Positions 12,177-25,635 of a stretch of DNA of 64,000 nt are shown piece after piece. The notes under the pieces were generated by a model. That model did not search any database, had not been told where the DNA came from, and worked only from the letters and a program-made list of their open reading frames with translations. Within the stretch, counting starts at the first letter, position 1; each line of letters starts with the position of its first letter. The stretch comes from Octopus bimaculoides (Eukaryota): assembly GCF_001194135.2 (NCBI RefSeq), contig NC_068983.1, positions 140,522,850 to 140,586,849 of the forward strand, given 5' to 3'. The position numbers and the translations under genes are program-made.

Positions 12177-14984
12177 NNNNNNNNNNNNNNNNNNNNNNNN
12201 NNNNNNNNNNNNNNNNNNNNNNNNNNNNNNNNNNNNNNNNNNNNNNNNNNNNNNNNNNNNNNNNNNNNNNNNNNNNNNNNNNNNNNNNNNNNNNNNNNNN
12301 NNNNNNNNNNNNNNNNNNNNNNNNNNNNNNNNNNNNNNNNNNNNNNNNNNNNNNNNNNNNNNNNNNNNNNNNNNNNNNNNNNNNNNNNNNNNNNNNNNNN
12401 NNNNNNNNNNNNNNNNNNNNNNNNNNNNNNNNNNNNNNNNNNNNNNNNNNNNNNNNNNNNNNNNNNNNNNNNNNNNNNNNNNNNNNNNNNNNNNNNNNAT
12501 AGAACACATATGTATAGAATGTGTACATATTCTAATGTATACATATTCTATACATATTCTATACATGTATAGATGTATAGAAACGGAAGAGACACCTTTC
12601 CTTCACTCTGTTTCTGCACTTGGGAGTTTTTGACGTATCCTGATTATTTTCCCTCTCATTCGATGTAAATTTCAATTGACACGAAGTTTTGTGTACTCTC
12701 TTTCGTGTCTAAGGTAATAAACAATCTATTTAGAATGCATCTGGAATTGGTATTTACTATAATCTAACGGTCTATGCTCTTTAACTTCACGTCACTAGCT
12801 ATCCGGGTTAATACTCTTTACTTATTCTCTTTCTAATTATGCCCATTCATACGGAATTTGGATATTTGCTTCTGTATTTGTATATAACTGATTTTCAATG
12901 CATATTTCAAGTTAGGGCAACTGCTATGCTAATCAGGTCTAAACACGTAACTACAGTTATTAACCTAACTGTAGACAATTAGTCTCATTTCGTACAGTTC
13001 CGGAATTCTAATGATGTTCAAACAACTTAAGTTGTTCACAATAGAAAAATTAGACATTTCGTTACCTTCACCCGAAATGAAAACTTTTCAAAAAGTCTAG
13101 AATTTTTCATTCATGTTGATGTATATTTAATTATTTTGAAAAGTACTTACAAATCACTCATCAAATATATTTCAGAATGAAAGATTTTACTTTAGAAATG
13201 AACAATAACATCATATATTTGATCGGAACAGTCTTCGCCTAATGTGTCCGTAGGAAAGTATTTTGCGAATATATATAAATGTTACGTCTTATGCAAGGAG
13301 AACATTTCACGAGTGGAAGGTGGTGCTTTTGTTTTCAGTAAAAGTTTAACACTTTATGTGTGCTATGATGTTCAGGCTAATCAGGAAAACGCGAAGTTGT
13401 TAATTAAATATTCTTACGATATCACTGTCATTATAAATTATGAAATACTGTTATATTTCATAATATTTGATGCAAATGTTTATAAAATTTCATTTTTGTT
13501 ATACACACAGATCTGAGTCAATATGATATAAATTATATCATCATATAATAAGTTTTTTCTTCAGTCTGTATACCTAATATTTAAACTACGCATATTCTTT
13601 AGATGCAGAAGTAAATGAAGTGGAAGTATCCTAATTGAAATTATATTTGAATAGAAATATATTCAATTTCAGAAATATATTCATCTGTTTTCTATAAACA
13701 TTTAACTTTCATTTTCAAAATATTTATCATTGATAATTATACTTCCTCATTATATACATATTCATTAAATGAAAGATTGTATTTGATGCATGGCTAACAA
13801 ATTATAGAAATTTAAATTCCCTATTCCTTTAAAAATACGTAGTACTGTTCAATGAAGAGTAAATAAATTAAAGTGAAAATCAAGTGCCCTCAAACGAATT
13901 TTTTAAATTAGTTCAGTGGCACTTCGCAGGAATTGCGAATGTGCGTGACAAATAACACCAGATAATTTGTCTAAACATAGGTAGTAATTTGACAAAAATC
14001 CGAAGGCATCGAAATTGGTCTGATTTATTTTTTTTTTAGATATCTCATCCGACTCTAGTTGATATTGCCTTTCCTCTCCCCATGGTTGATAAATTATGTA
14101 ATAATAATACACTAGCTTCTATCAACAATTGATAGTTCTTTCGAAATTCCAAACTGTTTCAGCTGAGGAGTTAAATAATATACATTTTTTTGTGTTACAA
14201 TAGTTGTTCTTCTATTATACTTCTACCTATCCTAGGGGTGGTATAATGTCTCTCAACATACCTACTACCTTCGCAAGGGCATATAACAAGCATCTATGTG
14301 AAAGTTTGAATAATTTAAATATCCCATTATTCAAAATCTGACCATTTCAATTCTGAGCGAGCTTATACAATTATATCAAAGATATATTTTATTCCTCAAC
14401 CTTATTGTCGGACGTTAACAACTTTTACTAAGGTGCTCTTTATAACAGATTTTCTGCTGAGAAAGGATTAGATATGAAATATTTTATAGCAGCAGATGTT
14501 GATACATGAAATTAAAGGTGTAGTTGACATGTTATTATGTAGAACATGTAATCCTTTAATAAAGTGATTCTGCCAAAGGTTTTGGAATATATAGTGAATC
14601 AATACAAATGTTATCTTCCATTCACATACCTTCAATGAAATAAAAGTTCATCTCAAGGTCCTATTTTAACTGAGGAAACTTGACAAGTCTATCATTATAT
14701 GTAGACAACGCGCATTTAGATCAATAAACTAATACAAGTACGATGCCGCAAAAGATATATTGTTGATTGTAGCTCAGTGTCTGTTTTCAATTTTACATTG
14801 GTTGGCTCTAATTTCAGTTTTATGGTTAATGCAGCAGAGGAAAGTATTCATGTCATCATACACCATATATTTACAATACAGAGTTTCATAGACATGAAGT
14901 CAATAACTTGTATGAGTGAAACTACTGAGTGAATTAAACTATTATAAGGTAGCAGATGATTTTTATTATGAAAACTAGATATAA

Positions 14985-15140
14985 GGCAGCGAGGTAGAAG
15001 AATCATTACCATGCTAGACTAAATGTTTATCGGTATTGCGTCCGTATTTACGTTTTCGACTATGCTTTTCATCCTTCGGGACCGATAAATTATGTATTAG
15101 TTGAATACTAGGGTTGATGTAATCGTCTTACCCGTCACAA
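14985..15140 (+). mobile_element. tRNA-type SINE, degenerate
   Basis: Contains TTCGACTATGCTTTTCATCCTTCGGGACCGATAAATT, the central motif shared with 24047, 28811 and 47062. Confidence 0.6.
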
Positions 15141-16914
15141 TTTTTAACCGTGATTAAATCCAGATGTAAAATATTTGATTTTCATTTTTGAAACGGCAAC
15201 AGTAAAATACCACAGAGAACAATGCATAATATTGAGCTTCTAAAGCATTTCGAGTCACTGCCAAATGAGTAAAAGGGGATTATGTCAATTTTGTTTTGCT
15301 TTGTTTGCTGTTTTATTTTTTCAGTAACAGAAAAATAAAACGGCTGCTCGTATGAAGAAAACATCGTACTACATACCTTCCAATCATAAACAGCACTCAA
15401 ATTCAGCTGTCAAAGGGCTATCAGAATTGGATACTATTATAATCCGTGAATCATCCCAGAGGAAACACCGTACTCTTCACGTAGCCACAACATAACGACT
15501 GTCTCTTCTCGTCAAGAAAATAATATATTTCATTAATTATTGATGCTGCATAAAGTTTGCATGAAATACACAATAGAATATTGCTCTCGCATCCAAACAA
15601 GCACCAGTCAAATTCGGTAGAGAGTCAGCTACAGACCGACTCTATCTTCTCTACCGGCAGGACTTTTTTCCTATTTCCCCCTTTTGTATCTGCTCTGAAA
15701 TGCTTGTAGCTAAACACACACTACTTAAGCACAAAGGTAAACTCTAGATTATCAGTTTCAAAACCGCCTCTAATCAGTCTCATTTGTTTAACATTCAAAT
15801 ATTAAAGTAGGAAAATAATAAGAAAAGCCTTTTCTACTCATTTTTTCGAATATATAATACTGTACCAAGGACTTTCTTCGGTAACCCCACCTCCCAACCT
15901 GGCTTGTTCCTCAGCTTCTGTCCTCGCCGGCCGCACTTGCCCCGACCTTACCAACACCACCATCTTCACAAGCACCCATCATTGTCCCTATCATACAACC
16001 GACTTCTTTACTTGCACTTCTAGCAACATCATTTACTGCAGATGCCCGCAAAATGATCGACTGCTGGGAACTGATCAGGAACTGGCGTCTAGTGGGATGA
16101 TCGGCGGCCCAGGTCGATGAGGCAGTCCTCTTCGTTGAATGCAGGTGTAGTGTTGTGGAATGGTGCATATAGACTGACACGGCGCACAAAGCTATGAATA
16201 TCAACACGGGTCTGAAATTCGTTACTGGCCTACTGAGAAGAGAGCGCTCCACTTCAGAGAAAGAAAGATTAGGAGGAATGGTAAGAACACTTTAACATTT
16301 GCAGACGTCCTCTATATCTGAACATCTCCCCAGCCGAACTCTGAGCCCTTCGATGTCTGCGACGCCACAAAAGCATTATCATAAAACCGGCCGACAAGGG
16401 TGTAGCCGTGGTGGTGTGGGGCGTAGACCTCTACATGGCTGAATCTCTCCACCAACTTCAAGACACCTTCTATTGCCCTCTTCTCTCCTAGCTACCTACA
16501 GTGTGTGTCCACTATCCATGACCTCATCTCCTCATCCCATCTCCCTCCCACCTCGCTCTCCCGCGAACAACTAGACTCCTTCCTCTCTTTTGTCCAATCG
16601 TTCCATCAACTCCGCTCTCTTTTGTTAAATCCCACCATCTGGCCCTCGAATTCTTCTGCACCATTTCCAACACTTCTGTCTCCTCTCTCGACATTCCGAT
16701 GAACATACACAACTCCATCTCCTTCTCCCACCCTACATTCGCCAAGCTCTCAATTCGCTAACCCCGATTCCTCCGTCTACGCAGGCTCAGCAGTGATAAC
16801 CATGATTTTGAGACACCCTCGCAACTCATGGAAAGCCACTTCATCCTTCGTGGATATCTTCTCACCACTATCCACACCAACCTTGCAAGAGCATGTTCCA
16901 TGGACTGTGCCCCT

Positions 16915-16915
<1 letters not shown>

Positions 16916-16962
<47 letters not shown>

Positions 16963-16964
16963 GT

Positions 16965-16995
<31 letters not shown>

Positions 16996-17048
16996 TTCTC
17001 TCTCTGTCTCTCTCTCTTTCTCTCTCTCTCTTTCTTTCTCTCTCTCTC

Positions 17049-17082
<34 letters not shown>
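16916..17082. repeat. (CT)n microsatellite inside the Penelope-like ORF
   Basis: About 165 bp imperfect CT repeat. It produces the poly-RE and poly-LS ORFs in the track. Confidence 0.95.
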
Positions 17083-17083
<1 letters not shown>

Positions 17084-17754
17084 TCACTTACAACCACTCC
17101 ACGTTGTTCCTCCAACGTACCATTCTCCGAGTCTTCCGGTGACTCCAGTCCAACCACTCTATTTTGCACATCTTCCCCAACCTACCATTTCCCTCTTTCA
17201 AATGAGCCCACAACTTATGTGACCTCCTGGATCACAGTTTCTTCCCTAACTCTACCTCCCAACCGAACTCGTTCCACTGTTCCACCCATGCTGCTGCACT
17301 TTCCCCTACCTCTCCAGCACCACCATCTACACAGGCACCCATCATCGTGCCTATCTTATAACTGACTCCTTTACCTGCACTTTCTAGCAACGTCATTTAC
17401 TGCATCTCCTGCTCTTTCTGTCCTTCTCTGTACATCGGTAAAACGAGACTCCGCTTCGCTGACCGGTTCGCAGGGCACGTCCGAGACATTAGACTCGACA
17501 TCCCGGTCTCGCACCATTTCCGCTCTACCGGTTATTCATTACAACACCTGTCTGTGTTCGGAACGTCATTGCACAGGAGCCATCCGGATTCCCGCCTTCG
17601 CTGTGAAGAGTAATTAATCTTCTTTCTTTGCTCTTTTGCCCCGCATGGGCTCAATTCCTCTCCCCTCTTCATCTGATTCGCTGCCTCTTCTCACATCATC
17701 TAACACCTACTTCCTCTCTTCACTCCTACCCACATTCTCCCTTCATTGATACAT

Positions 17755-17798
<44 letters not shown>

Positions 17799-18780
17799 TT
17801 TTTAGTACGTTCTCCCATATATATANNNNNNNNNNNNNNNNNNNNNNNNNNNNNNNNNNNNNNNNNNNNNNNNNNNNNNNNNNNNNNNNNNNNNNNNNNN
17901 NNNNNNNNNNNNNNNNNNNNNNNNNNNNNNNNNNNNNNNNNNNNNNNNNNNNNNNNNNNNNNNNNNNNNNNNNNNNNNNNNNNNNNNNNNNNNNNNNNNN
18001 NNNNNNNNNNNNNNNNNNNNNNNNNNNNNNNNNNNNNNNNNNNNNNNNNNNNNNNNNNNNNNNNNNNNNNNNNNNNNNNNNNNNNNNNNNNNNNNNNNNN
18101 NNNNNNNNNNNNNNNNNNNNNNNNNNNNNNNNNNNNNNNNNNNNNNNNNNNNNNNNNNNNNNNNNNNNNNNNNNNNNNNNNNNNNNNNNNNNNNNNNNNN
18201 NNNNNNNNNNNNNNNNNNNNNNNNNNNNNNNNNNNNNNNNNNNNNNNNNNNNNNNNNNNNNNNNATATATATATATATATATATACCCCCACCACCTATA
18301 TACTACTTCTGCGCATTCCTTCTTCCTCACTAAACCATTTAACCTCATCCCCCTTCCACCTTCCCTCACAATACTCATCCTCTCTGTCCAGTCAGATTAA
18401 CTGACCACAAAAAATATACCACTATCATCCCCCACCGGAATCATTCCTCTATCCCCTTCCCATTCTCTCTTTAAGACTTGACCTATTTACCCTACACACA
18501 TCTCTCACTTGATTTGGGACATCCTTCAAGTAAACACAAGCAATATACCTCGGACACAATATGGCATATATCCACCTCTGCTATTTCAGCCTTTGCTGCA
18601 GCAACTATTTCCGGAAAATTCCCTCAAGGATTACTTTAGAAGGATACTTACTACTGGAATGAAACTACACTCCAAATACTGTTCTTTCTTTCTTTCTTTT
18701 TTCAGCGCATCACACTCACTCTCACTTCATACTATAACTCTCCGCCTATGGATATAATAATCGATTCCTTTACTATTTCT

Positions 18781-18829
18781 GTCTCCGATGAAGGGAAGTT
18801 TTGGATCTTCCCAGAAACAGCTGTAAGAC
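18781..18829 (+). ncRNA. Minimal type I hammerhead ribozyme-like motif
   Basis: GTCT (stem I) CCGATGA A GGGAAG ttttggat CTTCCC (stem II) A GAAA C AGCT G-TA (short stem III, palindromic loop, GUA cleavage triplet) AGAC (stem I'). The core has C in place of U4, and the stem II base is A.A. Confidence 0.65.
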
Positions 18830-19426
18830 TCTATCCATAAAATATATTTCCAACTTTACCATTGGTCTCTTTATCCTTTTATATATTTATACATATATAC
18901 ATACTTATATATACATACATGTGTATTAAATTCAACTTACGTTGAAAGTCAACAAAGATTATTTTAGAAGCATTGAAATGTATAGGAAGATACAGATAAG
19001 GAAATAATTTTATTCTCAAACACAATATATTGCTATAAATATAGCATTATCCTGCGTTTGGGAATAAATTATTTCCTTATCTGTATCTTTCGATACACAC
19101 ACACATATATATATATAGATATATACNNNNNNNNNNNNNNNNNNNNNNNNNNNNNNNNNNNNNNNNNNNNNNNNNNNNNNNNNNNNNNNNNNNNNNNNNN
19201 NNNNNNNNNNNNNNNNNNNNNNNNNNNNNNNNNNNNNNNNNNNNNNNNNNNNNNNNNNNNNNNNNNNNNNNNNNNNNNNNNNNNNNNNNNNNNNNNNNNN
19301 NNNNNNNNNNNNNNNNNNNNNNNNNNNNNNNNNNNNNNNNNNNNNNNNNNNNNNNNNNNNNNNNNNNNNNNNNNNNNNNNNNNNNNNNNNNNNNNNNNNN
19401 NNNNNNNNNNNNNNNNNNNNNNNNNN

Positions 19427-20420
19427 CAGAGTCCCACAGGAAACTGTACTGCGGGTATTACTATTTGTGGTGGCCCTCTCAGATATGCCCTCTGCGGTAC
19501 AGTTATACTGGCTACACAAAGGTATCGCAGGCTGTTAGGAACCCAGAAAACATCATAAAACTGCAGAAAGACCTAAATGAAATATACAGATGCGCTTACA
19601 AGCTTAACATGCAATTCAATGCTATAACATTTCAGGCACTTCCCTATTGGTCCAACACCAGGCTAAAATCGGAATACACTGGGCGTGACCTGAGGTTTCA
19701 CATGATCAATAATGCAATATTCAATGTGCATATGACCAAGATGGCAACACTCTGCAAGCGAGTGTTTGGCTAGATTCTGAGGACATTCAAAACCTGGAAA
19801 AGGAGGCTCTGCTACTTCTATGGAGGGCATTCGTTCTCAGCTGCTTAGACTACTGCTCTCAACTATGGTCCACAGAGAGTGTGAAACAAACTGTGAAACT
19901 CAAAGCAATCTAGCGCCAATACTCAAAGATCATTGAGTCGATACAAATGATGGGATACTGGGAGAGGCTAACGGAACAGAGTCTCTATTTCCTGGTGAGA
20001 AGACGAGAGAGAGATGCGGTGATATATATTTTGAAGATCTTGGAGGGCTTAGCTCCCACTTTTGGAAGTGACAACTATACCGATCCTCGAACTGGATGGC
20101 ACTGCATCATAGATCCCATCTTCCTCATTTAAAATAAGGACACAGCACTGCAATAATCTGGGTTTCAAGGACCCGCAATTGTTCAACATCTTGCTAAGCA
20201 ACTTTAGTGATCTACATGGTGTTGGTATAGAAGTTTTCAAGGAAAGTCTGGACAGGTTTCTATCTGAGAGACCAGATTAACCCACATTGCGGCAGGAAAC
20301 GCAATGAAGAGCAGCTCCGTCCAACTCGCTACTTCACCAAAAACAATACCGGAAACCACACCGAATAACTACAGATGGTGCACCAACATGACCTCAGCCC
20401 TGGGTTGAAACTAGTAAAAG
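19427..20420 (+). mobile_element. CR1/L2-group LINE, RT C-terminal half and 3' end
   Basis: VPQETVLRVLLFVVALSDMP (GVPQGTVLGPLLF-like), LQKDLNEIYRCAYKLNMQFN, GYWERLTEQSLYFLVRRRERDAVIYILKILEGLAP. Degenerate. Confidence 0.85.
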
Positions 20421-20559
20421 ACAAAATAAGAAGATAAAAGACCTATATATTTATATATATATCCGCACAAACAAAGAAACACACACACACACGGTCAACA
20501 CTTGCGCGCGTGCACACACACACACATATGAAATTCCTTAGGTCTTTAATTCTTTAAAT

Positions 20560-20720
20560 AGTTTAAGCTTCAAAGCTGCGGTCATGATGGAGTACCACAG
20601 TTGACTGGGCTACACCATTATCTGAAATATCCTCTAGCTTTTGGTGAATGAAAAAGTTTGATGCTGCTGCACTCATCTGTGTTTCCTGACGCCAGGTAGG
20701 CTCATCTGGAATAGATAAAT
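20560..20720 (-). mobile_element. 3' end fragment of the same CR1-like LINE family, inverted
   Basis: Reverse complement (CCAGATGAGCCTACCTGGCGTCAGGAAACACAGATGAGTGCAGCAGCATCAAAC...) matches 20265-20420. Confidence 0.65.
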
Positions 20721-21219
20721 CAAACGAATGACAAAACCAATGATACACTTAACAGTAACAAACAACGAGAGGTCAAACGCAAGGGATATGTTAGTCTGAC
20801 GCTCAGTGGAATGGGAATTTCTATCATTTTGAGCATAGCTCTTCGTCGGAAAGGAAAAGGGAGAAAAGTCCAAAAAAAGAAAACAAATCACCAACCGCAT
20901 GTGTGTCGTACAATACTGAAGTGACCAAAAGTGGAAACATATAGAAAGTGGTTTCTATGGTCAGGAGAGTGCGAAGATAGTCAGTGTGTGTGTGTGTGCG
21001 TGCGTGTGTGTGTGCGTGCGTGTCTGTGTGTGAGTGACTCTTTGTGTGTGTGGTAGTATATTTGTGCTTGTCTTTTTGTGTTTACGCGAGTGATGTACGT
21101 ATGAGAATGTGAGTCAACGAGCAGATTGGTGGCTGGTATTTAATTTAGGTGAAAAGTGGATGGATTTGGCTGTATGTAAGACAGGACTCGGAAAGACAGG
21201 AATATTTTACTCATGTTTG

Positions 21220-21840
21220 ATTTTATATCAAGGGAAACGGGAGGAGCGAACCAAATAATTTTCTTTGGCCCATTTCTTATTAACCTTATTAGTACTAGAA
21301 TGTTTAAGTACTACTTTTTCTTTGATACCACTAGATCTGTATTTAAAAGTTTGATTATTATTAGAGGGATGATATGTTGATTTATCTTTGAAGCCACTAT
21401 TGTCTAGGGCATTGTTATCATAGGGGGCAACTTCCTCGAACACTTCATTAGGATAAGAAAGCTTTGACACTCTGTTACTAATTTAAACTATGAAGTTTTT
21501 AAATATTACAGAATTGTGACAAAACCCTTTATGTTTATATGCAAGTTTCTCATTGGCTTTATGGAAATACGAGGAGTTTATACGAGGAGTTTAAACCTTG
21601 GGAATCATCTAAATAATGAACTATAGCGGGATTAGTAGTTACTGTAATTTTAAGTCCTGATTGATTAAAGGTAGAAATTAGTTGCTTCCCTAATCTATCA
21701 AGAGTGTGACCATCACACAGATGGGAAATACCCGAACCATCGTCACGGTTTAGGCCAACGTCATGAGATGGGTATCTATATCTCAATGTTTTTAATACAA
21801 ATGCACCTACATAATCACAGATATCATCACTATCATATAT
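21220..21840 (-). mobile_element. Penelope-like RT/thumb fragment (same family as 7320-8820)
   Basis: RYRYPSHDVGLNRDDG..HLCDGHTLDRLGKQLISTFNQSGLK closely parallels 7620-7760. Confidence 0.8.
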
Positions 21841-21845
21841 ACATA

Positions 21846-22056
21846 AACAATCTTGTCACCCTCCTGTAATATTTAACACTTGATTGTTAGTATTAGTAAC
21901 AGAGTGTGTAATTGCTCTTCTTCCAAACAAATTATGGAGAAAGCTGCCCCCTATTACAGCAAGGCCTTAGCGAATAGTGGCTTCAAGGATAAATTAATAT
22001 ATAATCCCTCTAATAATAATCAAACTTTTAATAATAGATGTAGTGGCATCAAAGAT
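21846..22056 (+). mobile_element. Penelope-like thumb fragment, opposite orientation to the adjacent copy
   Basis: Homologous to 7866-8070 and to the reverse complement of 21330-21530. Confidence 0.75.
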
Positions 22057-22717
22057 TTTCATTTTCTGTTTTCCGCTTCTGCTGAAATAAGAGTTAAATT
22101 AGCTCCAAAGCCACTCAAGTACTATAGTTAATGACTGACTAAGGGAGGTAAGTCTCTAGCGTATACAGCACTGTCGCGATTTCGAATTTTGGTGCAGATC
22201 ACCTTAATTCTAATCAGTGGACGCCTAGGGTTAAAATCAACGTTTATCGTTTTGAAAATCAGCATATGTTTTCTAAGTTTTTGTTTTGTTATAAGGCTGA
22301 CAAAGGAAGTTGAGTTTAAACTAGGCGTTAAGACCCACTGATGAGAATTACGTCTTTGTTGGAAAACGGCTCCCTCCTCGGTAGGAGATTCATAGTAATT
22401 AAAAACTAGAAGAGACACACATACATGCATACATACATACATACATACATACCTACATACATACTTGTCTAACAACCAAATAATTTTCAAAAATTAAGAC
22501 TTTCCTATTTTATAGTCTACGGAGAAATATTTGAATTTACGATGTGTGTTTGTTCTGCTACGTATGTTTAAACACACACACACGTACACACACAAACACA
22601 CATACACACACACACACGCTCACAAACACACACACATAAACACACAAACACGCTCACAAAACACATACAATAGACACATATATGTCTGATTTCAATTAAA
22701 CATTGTATTCTACTATG

Positions 22718-22777
<60 letters not shown>

Positions 22778-23434
22778 CGTGCGTGTGTGTGTGACAGACT
22801 GTATTTAACTTTGTTACGTTTATAAAATGAAATCTGTTTAATCCGTTATTTGCTACGAAAGTACTCCAAAAAATAACTTTTGCAATAATATAAGAAAATG
22901 CAATGAAGACAACGCTACGTGAAACAAAATATTCTACTGAATATCTCTAACTTTGGCAGTTGTATGTTTTCTAAAGCCATATTTAATAGCAGCTGAGATG
23001 AATCGAACTGAATTTGATTATGGTTTAAGATTATATACATAGAGAAAAGAAATTCTGCCAAATATTGTAATTTAGAAACATATCTTTTTTTTTTCTTTTT
23101 CTGTAAACAGAGTTAAGTTCCAGAAAACAAGTTTAACATTCGAAGCTGTGCAAACATACGTACAATAAATGTACAATAAATGGTAGTATTTAAAGTCAAA
23201 ATCATATCTCATTATAAACCTCTAATTTATTAGGTTTAATGTAATGTAATTATTTAAATGCAGAACGAATCACAACTGCAAGTGACACTGGCATAAAATA
23301 CAATAAATCACTCTTCGGTTCAATGCTTTGATTGTTTATTCTGGTGATTGTATTGTACGTTGACATTTCTGTCATACATGCATACATACAAACACACACA
23401 TATATATACATACACACACGCACACGTAGAAACA

Positions 23435-23476
<42 letters not shown>

Positions 23477-24046
23477 CAAAATAAGCAACAGGTTATCAAG
23501 TAGTGATGCAGTAAGACCGTGTCAAGAGATTCCATTTAATTGAACAATGCAATCATTACATCAATTTAAATGCAATACCATTTTCAACTGCAGAAATAAA
23601 TAAATAGAATTTAACCAGTCGTACACATTAGTATAATTTTTCACACATACTTTAACAGAGCAAGAAGATGGAAGAAATTCATGTTGTCGCTATTTTAGCT
23701 GAGAATAGATTACACTTCCAAGAATCGTGTGATACCCATTGGGGTCATAGCTTGTAAAGGATCGTAATTTATTTCCAATTCATTTATCTCTTCATCAACT
23801 ACTAAATCTAAGACGAGAAGACTGCGTCTGCTTTGAATAAAGGACAAGAGCGAGTTGACAGCTCATGGCTAGGTATGGTCATAAATATTGCTATATGTAT
23901 CCTTTTTCCTCGGGGAGGAAAGAATACATTAGGAGTAGTCAATTGGATATAAAGTAACTGTCGATAAAAAGATGCTGATGGGTAGGGGAAGAAGTTAAAT
24001 CATGATGTTAATTACATGTTAAAGGGGTAACACGCTAAGAAAACTA

Positions 24047-24183
24047 GTCGACTTTGCCTTTCATCCTTTCGGGGTGGATTAAATAATTACCAGTTACGCA
24101 TTGGAGTTGATGTCATCGCCTTAATTCCTTTGTCTGTCCTTGTTTTCTCCCTCTATGTTTAGCCCCTTGTGGGCAATAAATAA
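24047..24183 (+). mobile_element. SINE 3' half
   Basis: GTCGACTTTGCCTTTCATCCTTTCGGGGTGGAT...CCCCTTGTGGGCAATAAATAAATA with an A-rich tail. Confidence 0.7.
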
Positions 24184-25635
24184 ATATTGTTATGTTGTAT
24201 AAAAAAAAAATTAATATTTTCAAAAATGATATCGTAACCAAAATAGGTAAAATATATGTATATATCAGTATTAAACATTACAAAGGAAGGATCTCATAGA
24301 AACAGTTTTATATTCATCCATGTACTTAACTGATTACATAGTTGGTGGTTTCTATAAAGACTGTTCAGGGCATTTACTTATGGAATAATTGGAAAGAATA
24401 ACATCCTATCTATATTACAATTTTAAGTCATAAATCAGAAAAAAATACAGATGTGTACAGATACCCACACATTTATATATGTGCACACATACACAAATAT
24501 TTATACGTTTATATCGATATAGAATAACCATCTCGCATAGATTTAAGTAACTGAAAAATATCAATTTAAGAAAAGTAACAATTTATAAGAGATAAAATCT
24601 TAATAGTTAAAGATATCAGAATAAGAAAACAGAATAATTGGAATTTATGGAAAATAATAAGAAATACGTATAACCAACATTTAAAGAGACAGGGGATTAA
24701 AATTTGAGGTAGGGAACAGATAAAGGTAACCCTAAAATAGGGACTAGTAAGTATGGAGGTAGTGAAGGAAGTTCAAGGTATTGAGATCGAAGAGATTTTA
24801 TAAGTTGTAATTTTCAGGTTCTATTGTATGTGTGAGTTTATAGTTTCTAGTGGGTATATAATTTAGTCACAAGGAGACTCACGTAAAGTCACTACAAATA
24901 TACATAATAGGGAGCCGCTTGAAACGTTCGTACTGCATCGCTACTTGACATTCTGATGCTTATTTTAATTTTATTCACCTTACTTCGAGCGTTACGGATA
25001 ATTCCGGGCTGACTTGGTGCTTCAACGTAAGTACCTAATTCAACTGAATCTCAACTATTTATACATATATATAAAGTAATCCCTTGACTATCGCGGGTGT
25101 TACGTTTCCAATCACCCACGATAGGGAAAAATCTACGAAGTAGCAACAATTCTGTACTGTATATTTTTTATTATTATTTTTATTATTTTTATATATATTT
25201 ATTTAACTTCAGAGCCAAAACAGCATTATGCGATAGTTGAATCGCGATATGGCGGCATATATATATATATATATGGGTGTGTGTGTGTGTGTGTGTGTGT
25301 ACGTGACGAATCTTATTGGTTGTGTAAGACGTGGTAATTGCTTAATTCAAATATTGTTTTGTCGCAGTATGCTTTGTGATAAGTATCCATACCCTGCTCG
25401 AGAATACATTATGCATTATTAACCGCTTTAAACATGAATATACTTGAAATAAAATATCAACGCATACATAATTAAACGCCTAAGACGGAACGGTGTCAAA
25501 GATTTATTTCAGTAGAAAATCTAGTAATATATAAGGCTGAAATTAAGACGGCTGAAATTGAGGGAATATTTTAACACGTACACAAAGAAAAAATACATTA
25601 CTGTAACTGGTCGGGTGATTGTAACTTTCTACATC

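Larger units (their letters stand above)
15883..18830 (+). mobile_element. Internally deleted Penelope-like element with upstream partial repeat, GIY-YIG and 3' region
   Basis: IIIKPADKGVAVVVW at ~16380-16410; RFLRLRRLSSDNHDFET..MESHFILRGY thumb; CTSSNVIYCISCSFCPSLYIGKTRLRFADRFAGH GIY-YIG at ~17375-17480. 15933-16040 is a direct repeat of 17296-17404. Interrupted by a (CT)n tract and an N gap; extension across the gap is inferred. Confidence 0.8.

Noticed and set aside
16758-17365. Arg/Glu-rich and Leu/Ser-rich ORFs
   Set aside because: Translation of the (CT)n tract inside a decayed Penelope-like element.
22338-22370. CTGATGAG...GGAAAAC possible hammerhead
   Set aside because: Stem II pairing is poor, and there is no stem III, NUH triplet or stem I complement.
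25558-25635. N-terminal extensions from TTG starts in the ORF track (also 36662-36691 and 2683-2712)
   Set aside because: Non-ATG starts, and the extensions differ in length between copies because of an indel. The shared ATG (MDS) is the more parsimonious start.
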